64,000 nt of DNA, from assembly GCF_964194155.1 (NCBI RefSeq), contig NC_135897.1:84320001-84384000 (forward strand), in the 5' to 3' direction. This DNA comes from Cetorhinus maximus (lineage: Eukaryota). The translations under genes were made by a program, and so were the position numbers. The notes under the pieces are model-generated. The model ran no database searches. It was not told the origin of the DNA and worked only from the letters and a program-made list of their open reading frames with translations. Shown here one piece after another: positions 23,910-35,620 of the stretch; within the stretch, counting starts at the first letter, position 1; the number at the start of each line of letters is the position of its first letter.

Positions 23910-24300
23910 CTATTTTCTTCTTAGGCTGCCCCTCTAGATCGAGGATAATTTGCTTCCTCTCTGGTTCATTGAACTCTGAGATGGCTGATGAGTCCAATGC
24001 GTGATCTGCAGATTCTGCCACACGTGGGGCAGGTGGTGCTTGAACGGTTGGATAGATGAGCTGTTTTGATGTTTGTGCACTCCTTCTAATGCCTCCACTT
24101 AGTTTCTGCACATTCCCGATGGAGTCTCTTGATGTGCTTGGCGCCCTCCCGAAATAGTCTATTCCATTTTGGTTAGTCACAAGGCTGGGACTCGCGTGGG
24201 CCGGTGGGTTTGTTTGACCTCTTCAGGGATTCTTTGAGGACATCCCTAAAGAGTACATCCCTGTCCTCCTGGGTGTCTCTTGCCATGACTGAGCCCTGAT
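23910..24300 (-). mobile_element. RTE-like LINE 3' fragment
   Basis: The minus strand gives a remnant PGGQ..FRDVLKESLK-like C-terminus followed by an RTE-type 3' UTR. Confidence 0.55.
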
Positions 24301-24864
24301 TAAACTAAATTTGCTTTCAGTAAGGGGGGAGATCAATCGACGGAATAGAAAAACAAACTTGAAAGATTGCATAAGTAAATTAAAATATACACAGATAATT
24401 ATTAGTCATTTCCATTTTATAAACATTACTGTGGATTTAAATTATAAAGAAAACACAGTGGAAAGCTGTCCTCCATATCATTTCCTCAGAGCTCCAGCAG
24501 CATCATGACTAAGAGAGATTATGCATACCACACTTATGTGGTAGACTCAGCAGATAAATAGTTACACTACACTTCAGCTAGTTTTTAATGTGTTTCCTGT
24601 AATGCAACCACTTTAAGTTTCACTTGTTGCTGCAAATTTGCTGACCGATTTGAAATCTTCACATTATTCATCATGTAGACAAGCAAAATTGCTGTTGTGG
24701 TATTTGAAAAATAATTGGTGCATTGTGTAACTTATTTGTGAAATATTTCTGGATAATAGGCAATCAAGAGTCGCAAAGTAAACTTCTGATAATGGTCTGC
24801 AAAATTCCTAAGCAAGGAATTGTTTATTTATTTATGTATTACTTATTGCGAAGGAGAGATGGGG

Positions 24865-25460
24865 GTGGGGGAGCCATCCCTGGCAACCTGGCCAATATTT
24901 ATCTCCCAATGAACATCACAATAACAGATTACTTGGCTATTTTCATATAATTGTTTGAGAGCCTGCTGTGTCCAATTGGCTGCCAAGTTTCCTACATTAC
25001 AACAGTGACGACACTTATGTCATTGGTGACTTTTGTGGCAAGATGGTAGCGTAGTGGTAATGTCCCTGGACTGGCAATCCAGGGACCCAGGCTAATGCCC
25101 TGAGGACATGGGTTCAAATCCCACCACAGCAGCTGGCAGAATTTGAATTCAGTTAAAATATCTGGAATATAAAGCTTGTATCAGTAATGATGACTATGAA
25201 ATTACATTCGATTGTCATAAAAACCTATCTGGTACACTAATGTTCTTTAGGGAAGGAAATCTGCCACCCTTACCTGGTTTGACCTACATGTGACTCCAGG
25301 CCTTAACTGTCCTCTGAAATGGCCTAGCCAGCAACTCAGTTTAAGGGCAATTAGGAATGGGCAACAAATGCTGGCCTTGCCAGCGACACCCACATCCCAT
25401 GAAAGAATTTAAAAAATGTTGGGACTTCCTGAGGTCACGAAATGTGCTATATATATGTAT
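24865..25460 (+). mobile_element. Deu-domain SINE-like element, interrupted by a younger SINE
   Basis: CCTGGCCAATATTTATC...CAATTGGCTGCC..TTTCCTACATTACAACAGTGAC body; the tail GGGACTTCCTGAGGTCACGAAATGTGCTATAT resumes after 25416. Confidence 0.65.
25040..25416 (+). mobile_element. Full-length tRNA-derived SINE with a LINE-derived 3' tail
   Basis: A box TAGCGTAGTGG, stem CTGGA-7nt-TCCAG, B box GGTTCAAATCC; tail AAGGGCAATTAGG...CCCACATCCCATGAA shared with the LINE ends at 26265-26338 and 7782-7856. Confidence 0.9.
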
Positions 25461-25570
25461 ATTTTAATTTGTTTTAATTCCTCTCAGTTAATTTTAAATA
25501 ACAACAGAAAGATTCAATTTAATGAAGTACAACAGAGACAGGGCCTCAAAAGTACATTATTGCTGTGAAA

Positions 25571-26338
25571 TATTCAGGCTTGGGCTGATAAGTAGCAAGT
25601 AAATTTAGCACTACACAATGACCATCTCCAACAAGATTGAATTTAACCATCTCCCCTTGACATTCAATGCCATTACCATCACTGAATTTCCCACTATCAA
25701 CATCCTGGAGATTACCATTGACCAGAAACTGAACTGGACTAGCCATACTGTGCCTTCAACATCAAGTCAGAAGCTGGGAATTCCCCTGACTCCCCAGAGC
25801 CTGTCCACCATCTACAAGGCACAAATTAGGAGTGTGATGGAACACTCTCCACTTGTCTGGATGTAGTCCAACAACACTCAAGAAGCTCGACACCATCCAG
25901 GACAAAGCAGCCTGCTTGATCGGCACCCCATCCACCACCTTAAATATTCACTCCCTCCACCACCAACACACAGTAGCAGCAGTGTGTACCATCTACAAGA
26001 TGCACTGCTGCAACTCACCTTCGATAACATCTTCCAAACCCATGACCTATACCGCTTAGAAGGGCAAGAGCAGCAGATGCATGGGAACACCACCACCTGC
26101 AAGTCCCCCTCCAAGTCAAACATCATGCTGACTTAGAACTATATCAACGTTCCTTCACTGTCGCTGATTCAAAAACCTGGAACTCCCTTGCTAACAGCAC
26201 TGTGAGTCTTCCTACAATACATGGACTGCAGTGGTTCAAGAAGACAGCACAGCACCACTTTCTAAAGGGCAATTAGGGATGGGCAATAAATGATGGCCTA
26301 GTCGACGACACCCACATCCCATGAATGAATTTTAAAAA
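25571..26338 (+). mobile_element. 3' fragment of the same CR1-group LINE family as 7782-10786
   Basis: ITIDQKLNWTSH, TIYKAQIRSVMEHSPLVWM, KKLDTIQDKAACLIG and the family 3' tail. Confidence 0.9.
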
Positions 26339-26821
26339 TTGCTCTGGGATATGCTGAGGCTTTGAAAAATGCTATTTAAATGCTCTTTACTTAAACTCCT
26401 AGATAAAATGCACATCATAAGTATGCATTCAATTGGCAGGGATCACTTTCAAAGGCATACTACTGTCTTTTTAAGTCTGCACAATATGTGAACCAATTAG
26501 ATTAAAAAAAGCAAAATGCTAGGAAAAATGTATTTGCGTGCACATGTATATATAAAATTGTGAAAATTAAATATTAAACTGATATTCAAGACCATTATTT
26601 GGAGAATGATAAATCTTGGAAAACTGCATCAGGCAGTTTATTATTATATCTAACAATATTTGGCAGCTTTTTAAATGTAGCTGAATTCTAAAGTTGGTGT
26701 ACCAGTGGAAAGAAGTTGAGTCCAAATTACATTTTGCGTCCTCGGTATTTCTTATGCTCATAAATTGCAGGAATAGGGCTCGAGAAACCTACTAAACAAG
26801 CATAGCTGCAAGTAATATTTT

Positions 26822-27600
26822 CTAAACGCAAAATGCTGCAGATACTGGAAATCTGAAATAAGAACAAAAAAAGGGCTGGGAAGACACAGCAGGTCAGGCA
26901 GCCTAATCTGTGGAGAGAGAAATCGAGTTAACATTCCATGTCGACAACCTTTCATCAAAACTGAAGAAAGATAGAAATGTAAAAGTTTTTAAGCCAGGGG
27001 AGGGGAGGTGGGGGGTGGGGGTGTTGGGGTGGGGAGGGTGTGGAGTTGCAGGAAGTACAAAGTAGAGGGTCTGTGATTGGGTGGAGGCCAGGGAAGAGGA
27101 AATAACAAAAAGATTTCATGACGCAACAGCCAAAGAGCCATGAGTATAGTAAAGAAACAAAGGTTGTGTCCAAATGAGGCGTGAATTGCTACATAAAAAA
27201 CATCTGAATGCAGCATGATGGGATAAAGAAAGCATCCGTGTGAAGACTGACCCAGCAAAACCAAAAAAAAATGAAGGGGAAAAAAAAAACACACAAGACG
27301 GAGGCAGAACTCAACGTTGTGTCCAGAAGGCTGTAGAGTGCGGAGTCAAAATATAAGGTGCTGTTCATCGAGCTTGCGTTGAGCTTCACTAACACTGCAG
27401 CAGGCCATGGACAGAAAGGGCAGCATGCTATCAAAGAAATGTTAAGCAGCTGAAAGCTCGAGGTCCCGCTTGTGGACTGAATGGAGCTGATGCGCAAAGT
27501 GGTCACCCAGACTACGTTTGGTCTTCCCAATGTTGAGGAGACCACACTGTGAGCAATGAATACGGTATACTAAATTAAAGAAGTAGAAGTAAATCATGGT
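26822..27600 (-). mobile_element. Older PLE subfamily 3' fragment (GIY-YIG remnant plus pseudo-LTR)
   Basis: The minus strand shows a decayed endonuclease segment at 27480-27580 and CAGTT-TTGATGA-...-GGAATGTTAAC at ~26925-26963, then a pseudo-LTR body. Confidence 0.75.
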
Positions 27601-27971
27601 TTCTTTTTAATTTAGTATTATTGCTTATTAAGCATTATTTTCTGCTGATCTATACCCTTGAGGGTAAAACTTAATTTCCTGGCACTTCAAGTCATTGTTT
27701 GTTTCTAGCAATGAACACAGTGGAGCTGTGGTTTTGAAGTTTTGCACAAGCTATTTCAATGCAGCATACCTGTTATTAACGTGCAGCTCCACCCACCTAG
27801 CTTCAAAGAGGTCAAATTTCCCTAACAAGGTGTTAAGTATATTTTGCAGATATAGGAACAGAAGGCCAATCAGCCTCTTGGACCTGCTCCACCATTCACT
27901 CCGATCATGGCTGTGGTTTTGGGATAGTAATGATGGCGAAACAGCCAGTGTTCGCCCTCAGTGTTGCTCTG

Positions 27972-28565
27972 CAACTGCAACTGTTGTTCGTGCATCTCTA
28001 ACAGTAACTGCAATTTTTCGTGTGAGATAACTATGAAAAGGTGTTAAAATTGCCACCCCAATTCAATGGGTTTCACTCCCCATGGCAACCAGATCACATG
28101 GTATTTCTCCAAACCGAGGTATTTATCAGGAATCCACCCTTTTCAGAACATTCTGTCAGTGATTCCATAAGGTGCACTATTGAAGTCCCTGAAGCTTGCT
28201 ATCAATTAGATCTCAATGAACTGGTGAGAGGAGTACAGTGAAAACTCCACGTTCAGATAACTCATGGAGTAAATCCCAATCGGCCTTGAAGATTAGTAGC
28301 AGAGAGTCACATATTGTCATTAATGCTGAACTTTACGAGACAATTATAATTTGAAATGCCGTCTTTAACTTAAGGTAAAACAAAATGTTCTGAAAAGGGT
28401 GGATTTCTGATAAATACCTCAGTTTGGAGAAATGCCGATGTGATCTGGTTGCCATGGGGAGCAAAACCCAATGAAGTGAGGTGACAGTTTTAACACCTTT
28501 TCATAGTATCTCACAGGAAAAGTTACACTTACTGTTTGAGATACACGGAAACAGTAGTTACACTG
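27972..28565. mobile_element. Tc1/mariner-like MITE with ~185-bp terminal inverted repeats
   Basis: 27972-28156 is the reverse complement of 28380-28565. The right end reads CAGTG inward and is flanked by TA (28566-28567). Confidence 0.75.
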
Positions 28566-30108
28566 TAGGACAAATACACAGGAAGAAATAAATGGGGTGT
28601 GTAAGGAAGGTACTACAATAATCATGGGTGACTTTAACCTACATATAGATTGGATGAATCAGATTGGCAAAGGTAGCCTTGGAAATGAGTTGATAGACTG
28701 TATTCGGAACAACTTCTTAGTATGTTGAATGCTAACCAGGGAGCAGGCTAAGCTAGACTTGGTAATGTGCAATGAGACAGGATTAATTAATAATCTCATA
28801 GTAAAGGAGCCTCAAGGTGACAGTGATCATGACATGGTTGAATTTCACAGTCAGTTTGAAGATGAAACGTGTGGGCCCAAGGCTAGTGTTTTAAACCTAA
28901 ATAAAGGTAATTATAAGGATGTGAAGGCAGAGTTAGCTGAATTGAGCTGGCAAACTAAGTTAAAAAGTAGTAGAGTTGCAGTAGTTGAAACTTAAGGAAA
29001 TACTTAATAACTCTAAGCAAAGATTTATCCAAGTGAGGAAGAAAGACTCTTTGAGAAGGATCTATCATCTGTAGCTAAACAAGAAAGTTGAAGATAGTAT
29101 CAACTTCAAAGAAACACTCTACAAATTTGTGAAGATTAGTGGCAGGTGAGAAGATTGGTCAGATTAAGAACCAACAAAGAATGCCAAAAAAAATGGGGGA
29201 GAAATTAGAGTATGAGAGAAAGCTAGCGAGAAATATTAAAAAAAAATACCCAGAGTTTCTACAAGTATTTAAAAAAGAAATGAGTAGCTAAAGTGAGTGT
29301 TGGTCCTCTCGAGAGTGAATCTGGGGAATTAGTAATGAAAAACAAGCAAACAGCAGCAGTGGTGAACAGGTCTTTTGTGTTTGTCTTCACTGAAGAAGAC
29401 CTGGAAAACTTTCCAAAGACACTTGAAAATCAAGGGGTGAAAATGGGGCATTGGGGTTGGGGGGACTTAAAGCAATCGCCATCACCAGGGAAAAGGTACT
29501 GAGAAAACTATCAGACCTAAAGTCTGACAAGTCCTCAGAACCTGATGGCCTGCATCCAAGGGTTTTAAAAGAAATGGCTGCAGAGATAGTAGAGGCATTG
29601 GTTATAATCTTCCAAACTTGCTCAGATTCTGGAAAGGCCCCAGCAGATTGGAAAATAGCAAATGTAACACTTTTATTCAAGAAAGGAGAGAGACAGAAAG
29701 CAGGAAACTATAGGCCAATTAGCCTAATACCTGTCATAGGGAAATTGCTAGAATCCACTATCAAGGAGGTTATAGCAGGCTACTTAGAAAATTACAACCT
29801 GATCAGACAGTGTCAACATGGGAAATCCTGTTTCACTAATTTATTGGAGTTCTTTGAGGAAGCAACAAGTGAGGTGGATAAAGGGGAACCTGTAGATGTG
29901 GTGTACTTGGATTTCCAAAAGGCATTTGTTAAGTTGCCACATCGAAGGTCACTACACAAAATAAGAGTTCATGGTGTAAGGGGGTAATATAGCATGGCTA
30001 AAAGGACCAGTTAGCTAACAGGAAGCAGAAAGTGGGGATAAATGAGTCATTTTCAGGTTGGCAAGCTACATCTAGTGGAGTGTCACAGGGATCAGTGCTG
30101 GGTCCTCA

Positions 30109-33100
30109 TAAAAGTATAAAAGTAGGCTATCTTTTAGTTTTGATTTTGTCTGCACTGGGGATTGCCGTCTTTGGCTGCAGTTGAGTGCAGTTGGAGTTTG
30201 GCGACTGAGGGAGTTCAAGGGTTAAACTCTATCTAAAGTCTAGTCTTTAATTTAGCAATTAACTAAAAGTTGCTGTTAGGGTTGGAAGAAGGTGAGTTTT
30301 AGTCCAACCTTAAAGCAGGGCTCATACAGGCTCTGCTTGCAGCTTGCAGTTAGATAACTGGCTTAATCGGAGGCTAGTTTCAGAGAGTATAAAAGTAGAC
30401 TATCTTATAGTGCTGACTTTGTCTGCCCTGAAGTGCTGTTTTTGGCTGCAGTTGGGTGCTTCAGTTGGAGTTTGGCGACTGAGGGAGTTTGGTGAGGAGG
30501 GAGGAGGTGTTTCTCTTTCTTTTCCTACCGTTCCTCAGAAAGAAGAGCAGCGGCCTTGGTAAGTAGGAACTGGTGAGTAAACCAGAACAGCATAATGTTT
30601 TTAAACAAGTAGCTATACTTGCATTTAACTGAGAAGCACCAGGAATAAGGGGAATTTAAGGCCAATATAATAAAGTAATATAAATAATCCAAAGTAGGAA
30701 AGAGTTAACGCAAGGGAAGTAGAGTAAAGACTTGGCAGGGCAGCTCAGTCGAGTGGAATGCATGTCCTGTAATATGTGCAAAGCCATGGATGCTACCGGT
30801 GTCCTAGGTGACCACATGTGCAGGAAGTGCTGTCAGTTGCAGAAACTTGAGCTCCAGGTTTCAGAGCTCGAGCAGCGGCTGGAGTCACAGTGGTGCATCT
30901 GCGATGCTGAGAGCTATGTGGATAGCATGCTCAGAAATGTGGTCACACCACAGCTTAAGGGCCTCGAGACAAAGGGAATGGGTGACTACCAGGCTGTCCA
31001 AGAGAAGTAGGCAGGTAGTGCAGGAGTCCCCTGGGGTCCCGCTCACAAATCGGTTTTCTGTTTTGGAAGCTGATGAGGGCTCTGGTTCCTCAGAGGAGTG
31101 CAGTCAGAGCCAGGTTTGTGGCACTGCGAGCAGCTTGGCTGTACAGGAGGGGAGGAAGAAGAAAGAGAGAGCTATAGTGATAGGGGATTAATTGATTAGG
31201 GGAACAGACAGGCATTTATGTGGCCATAGATGTGACTCCAGGATGGTATGTTACCTCCCTGGTGCCAGGGTCAAGGATGTCACAGAGCGGCTGCAGGACA
31301 TTCTTCTGGGGGAGGGTGATCAGCCAGAAGTCGTGGTCCACATTGGCACCAGTGACTTCGGTAGGAAGGGGGTTGTAGTCCTGCTATCAGAATTTAGGGA
31401 GCTAGGTAGAAAATTAACAAGCAGGACTCAAATGTAGTAATCTTCGGATTACTTCCAGTGACACGTGCCAGCGAATACAGAAATAGGAGGATAAGGCAGA
31501 TGAATGCGTGGCTGGAAAGATGGTGCAGGAAGGAGGGCTTTAAGTTCCTGGGACACTGGGAGTGACTCTGGGGGAGATGGCACCTGTACAAGCCGGAAAG
31601 GTTACACCTGAACAGAGCTGGGACTGAGTTCCTTGTGGGGCGTTTTGCTAGTGCTGTTGGGAGGGCTTTAAACTAACTCGGCAGGGGTGTGGGAACCAAG
31701 AGAAAATACTAGGGATGAATACCAGGGTGCACAAAATACTGGGAGGGAGAGATAGCGCTAGTATAGAGAACAGTAAATTAATAGGTAAAGTCGGGGCAAG
31801 GGAGAAAGTAATAAAATCTAAATCAGGGTTACTACGCATGTATGTGAATGCACGGAGTATGGTAAATAAAGATTGGGGAGTCACAGGGACAGATTGCCAT
31901 GTAGAAATATGATGTTGTGGTGTTAACAGAGACCTGGCTTAAGGAAGGGCAGAACTGGGTGTTAAATATTCCCGGGTACAAGGTGTTCAGAAGAGATAGG
32001 AAAGGAGGAGGGGTGGTGGTATTGGTTAAGGAGAGCATTGCAGTGCTGGAGAAAGAGGATGTCCCAGAGGGTTCAAGGACAGCATTAATTTGGCTAGAGC
32101 TCAGGAACAAAAAGGGTGCAAATACATTGCTCGGTGTAGTCCATAGACTGCCAATTAGTGAGAAGGATGTAAAGGAACAAATCTGAAAGGAAATTACAGA
32201 GCGATGCAAGCATTATAGAGTAGTTATAATGGGGGAATTTAATTACCTGAATGTAGACTGGGACAGTGGTAGTGTAAAGGGTGAGGGGTGGGGGGGGAAG
32301 CATAAGTTCCTAGATTGTGTTCAGGAGAATTTTCTGCAGCAGTATGTGTCCAATCCAACAAGAAAAGAAGCACTGTTGGACCTGGTTCTTGGAAATGAGG
32401 TGGGACAAATAGACTAAGTGTCAGTGGGGGAACATTTAGGAGACAGTGATCATTGTATTGTTTTAAGATGATGATAAAAAAGGACGATGGGAAATCCAGA
32501 GTAAGAATAATTAACTGGACGAGAGCTGACTTCGATGGGGCAAGAATGGAGCTAGGCCAGATAGACTGGAATGAAAGATTGGCAGGAAAAACTGTAGTTG
32601 AACAGTGCGCTACCTTCAAAAAAGAATTGGTTTGAGCACATTCAAGGTATGTTCCATCGAAAGGGAAAGGTAGGACAAACAAATCCAGAGCTCCCTGGAT
32701 GAAAAAGGAGATTGAAATTAAGATAAAGAAGAAAAAGTGTTCTTATGACAGGTGTCAGGTAGAAAATACAATTGAGGACCAAGAGGAATACAGAAGGTTC
32801 AGAGGGGAGGTGAAAAAGCATATTAGAGAAGCAAAGAGGGATTATGAGAAAAGACTGGCAGCCAACATAAAGGGGAATGCCACCGTATAAATAGTGGTTA
32901 AAAGGAGGAATAAGGCCACTTAGGGACCGAAAAGGGAATATACACATGGACAAAGGGGCCATGGCTGATGTATTAAATGAATACTTTGCATCCGTCTTTA
33001 CCAAGGAGGTAGATGTTACCCAGGCCTTGGTGACAAACGAGGGAACTCTGTCAGTAGAAGAGTTCAAAATTGGTAAGGAGGAAGTGTTGACAAGGCACCG

Positions 33101-34660
33101 GGACCGGATGAGATGCATCCAAGGATATTGAAGGAAGTGAGAGGAGTATTTCAGGGGCAATGGCCATAATATTTCAGTCTTCCCTAGGCTCGTGGGTGGT
33201 GCCAGAGGGCTGGAGAATTGCAAACATTATGCCCTTGTTCAAAAAAGGCTGTAAGGATTAGCCCAGCAATTACAGACCAGTCAGTTTAACTTCAGTGGTG
33301 GACACGGTTCTAGAAACAATTAATCACAATAGAATTAGTAGTCACATGGAAAAATATGGGTTAATAAGGAAGAGCCAGCATGGATTTCTAAAGGAGAAAT
33401 TGCGTTTAACTAACTTACTGGAGTTTTTTGAAGAGGTAACAGAAAAGGTCGATGAGGGTAATGCTGTTGATGTGGTGTCCATGGCCTTTCAAAAGGCATT
33501 TGACACGGTGCCACACAACAGACTTGTGAGAAAAGTTATTGCTCATGGAATAAAAGGGATTGTAGTGATGTGAATACAAAATTGGCTGAAAAATAGGAAG
33601 CAGGGTGTAATAGTCAATGGATATTTTTCAGGCTGGAGGAAGGTTTGCAGTGGAGTTCCTCAGGGGTCAGTCTGGGAACCTTGCTTTTCCTGATATATAT
33701 TAATGATCGAGATCTTGGTGTGCAGGGGACAATTTAAAAGCTTGGGGATAATTCAAAGCTTGGAAGTGTTGTGAACTGTGAAGAGGATGGTGTGGAACAT
33801 CAAGAGGACATAGACAAGTTAGTGGAGTGGGCAGATAGGTGCAGATGAAGTTAAATGTGGAGAAGTGTGAGGTGATGCATTTTGGTAGTAAGAACATGGA
33901 CAGACAATATAAAATAAGGGGTGAAATTTTGAAGGGGGTGCAGGAGCAGAAAAACCTGGGTGTATATGTGCATAGATCATTGAAGGTGGCAGGTTAGGTG
34001 GAGAGAGCAGTTAATAAAGCATATAGTATCCTGGGCTTTATTAATAGGGGCATAGAGTACAAGAGTAGGAGGTTATGCTGAATTTGTATAAGACACTTGT
34101 TACACCTCAGCTGGAATATTCTGTACAGTTCTGCGTGCCACCTTATAGGAAGGATGCAAACACATTAGAGAGAGTGCAGAAGAGGTTTACAAGAACGGTT
34201 CTAGGGATAAGAAACTTCAGCTATGAGGATAGATTGGAAAGGGTGGGACTGTTCTCCTTGGAGAGAAGAAGGCTGAGGGGAGATTTGATAGAGATGTTCA
34301 AAATCATGAGGGGGCTGGACAGAGTAGATAGGGAGAAGCTATTCCCCAATCGTAAAAGGATCAAGAACGAGAGGGCACAGATTTAAAGTGATTTGCCAAA
34401 AGAAGCAAATGTAACACGAGAAAAAACTTTTCACACAATGAGTGGTTCGTGTCTGGAATGCACTGCCTGGAAGTGTGGTGGAGGCAGGTTCAATTGAGGC
34501 ATTAGATGATTATTTGAATAGAAACAAATGTGTAAGGGTACGGGGAAAAGGCAGGTCAATGGCACTAGGTCATGATGCTCATTTGCAGAGCTGGCGCAGA
34601 CATGATGGGCCAAATGGCCACCTTCTGTGCCGCTAAAATTCTGCGATTGTGATTCTGTGA
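30109..34660 (+). mobile_element. Near full-length inner CR1 LINE (5' UTR, ORF1, ORF2, 3' tail), decayed
   Basis: ORF1 (~30732-31680) has a Cys zinc finger, a leucine zipper and an SGNH esterase (AIVIGD, LPGARVKDV, VVVHIGTSD). ORF2 (~31800-34530) has APE (YVNARS, LTETWL) and RT. Tail is GATTCTGTGA. Confidence 0.92.
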
Positions 34661-34789
34661 ACTATTTACAATCTATACCAATGACTGGGGTGAAGAGACC
34701 GAATGTAAGGCAGCTAAATTTGATGATGACACCGAGATAAATAGGAAAGTAAGTTGTCAAGAGAAGGTAGGGAATCTACAAAGGGATGT

Positions 34790-35620
34790 CGTCATGAAGA
34801 GATATGAATGTGTATAATGTTATTGGAAATTATTTTTTAAAATAAAATTCTAGTGGGGGACTGTGTCTAGGTGTGTGTCTGTGTATGTGTTAATTGGATT
34901 AAAGCCAGCTAGTCTGGGTGTTTTGATGTTTAGTAGTTTTGAGATGTTAATTGGGTGAACAGTAAGGAGAACAGTAAGGTAAAGCGTTCGTTTGCATTTG
35001 TTGAATAAACCATTCAAGGCTGCGGGTAAAATCTTGCACCTAGCTAGAAGAAGCCAAACAATGTGTTTATTTTTTTTCAGCTTACTAATAAAATTGGTGC
35101 TATGAAAGGGTTTTATTGTTAGAAGCGCAGAAGTTCAAAAGAACTAGTGATACAATGGAAAATTTACATTCAAAGGGAAAGCTAGGTACATAAAAAAAGG
35201 AATTTGTGTGTGTAAGGTAGAGGCATTTAAGACCTAACCAGCCTGTATGCCCCCAATCAACTTGCAAAGGAATTTCATTTGGAATTCGTAAGGTCAAATG
35301 TGCTTTGTCTGGTGTCTATTTAAAATCTATGGGTTACTGTTGCCTTAGTGGAGATTCACTGGGGTGATTAATTTGGGGATTTGTTAAAAAGTTATTATAG
35401 TAGTAATTTGTAGCTATGTGTATGTGTTTAATTTGTTGTTAAATTAATTAATGTTTAATTTAGTTTATTTAAAAACCACGAGACTCCGTGGTCTTATTCC
35501 TACTGAATTCAAAGTCTGCATCTCGAAATTACAAATTGCGAAAATAGATTATGACAGCTGTTTCAAGTTTCCCTCTGGGATTTGAACAACTCAGCCTATA
35601 CCATCGGCTGTGTCATAATA
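34790..35620. mobile_element. Solo LTR inserted in the outer CR1
   Basis: Inverted homologue of 14858-15709; flanks ATGT/ATAT (degenerate 4-bp TSD). Confidence 0.75.

Noticed and set aside
25040-25135. Possible tRNA gene (also 21333, ~10700, ~43150, ~60960)
   Set aside because: No proper acceptor stem or terminator, and it continues into a shared SINE body; these are SINE/LINE heads.
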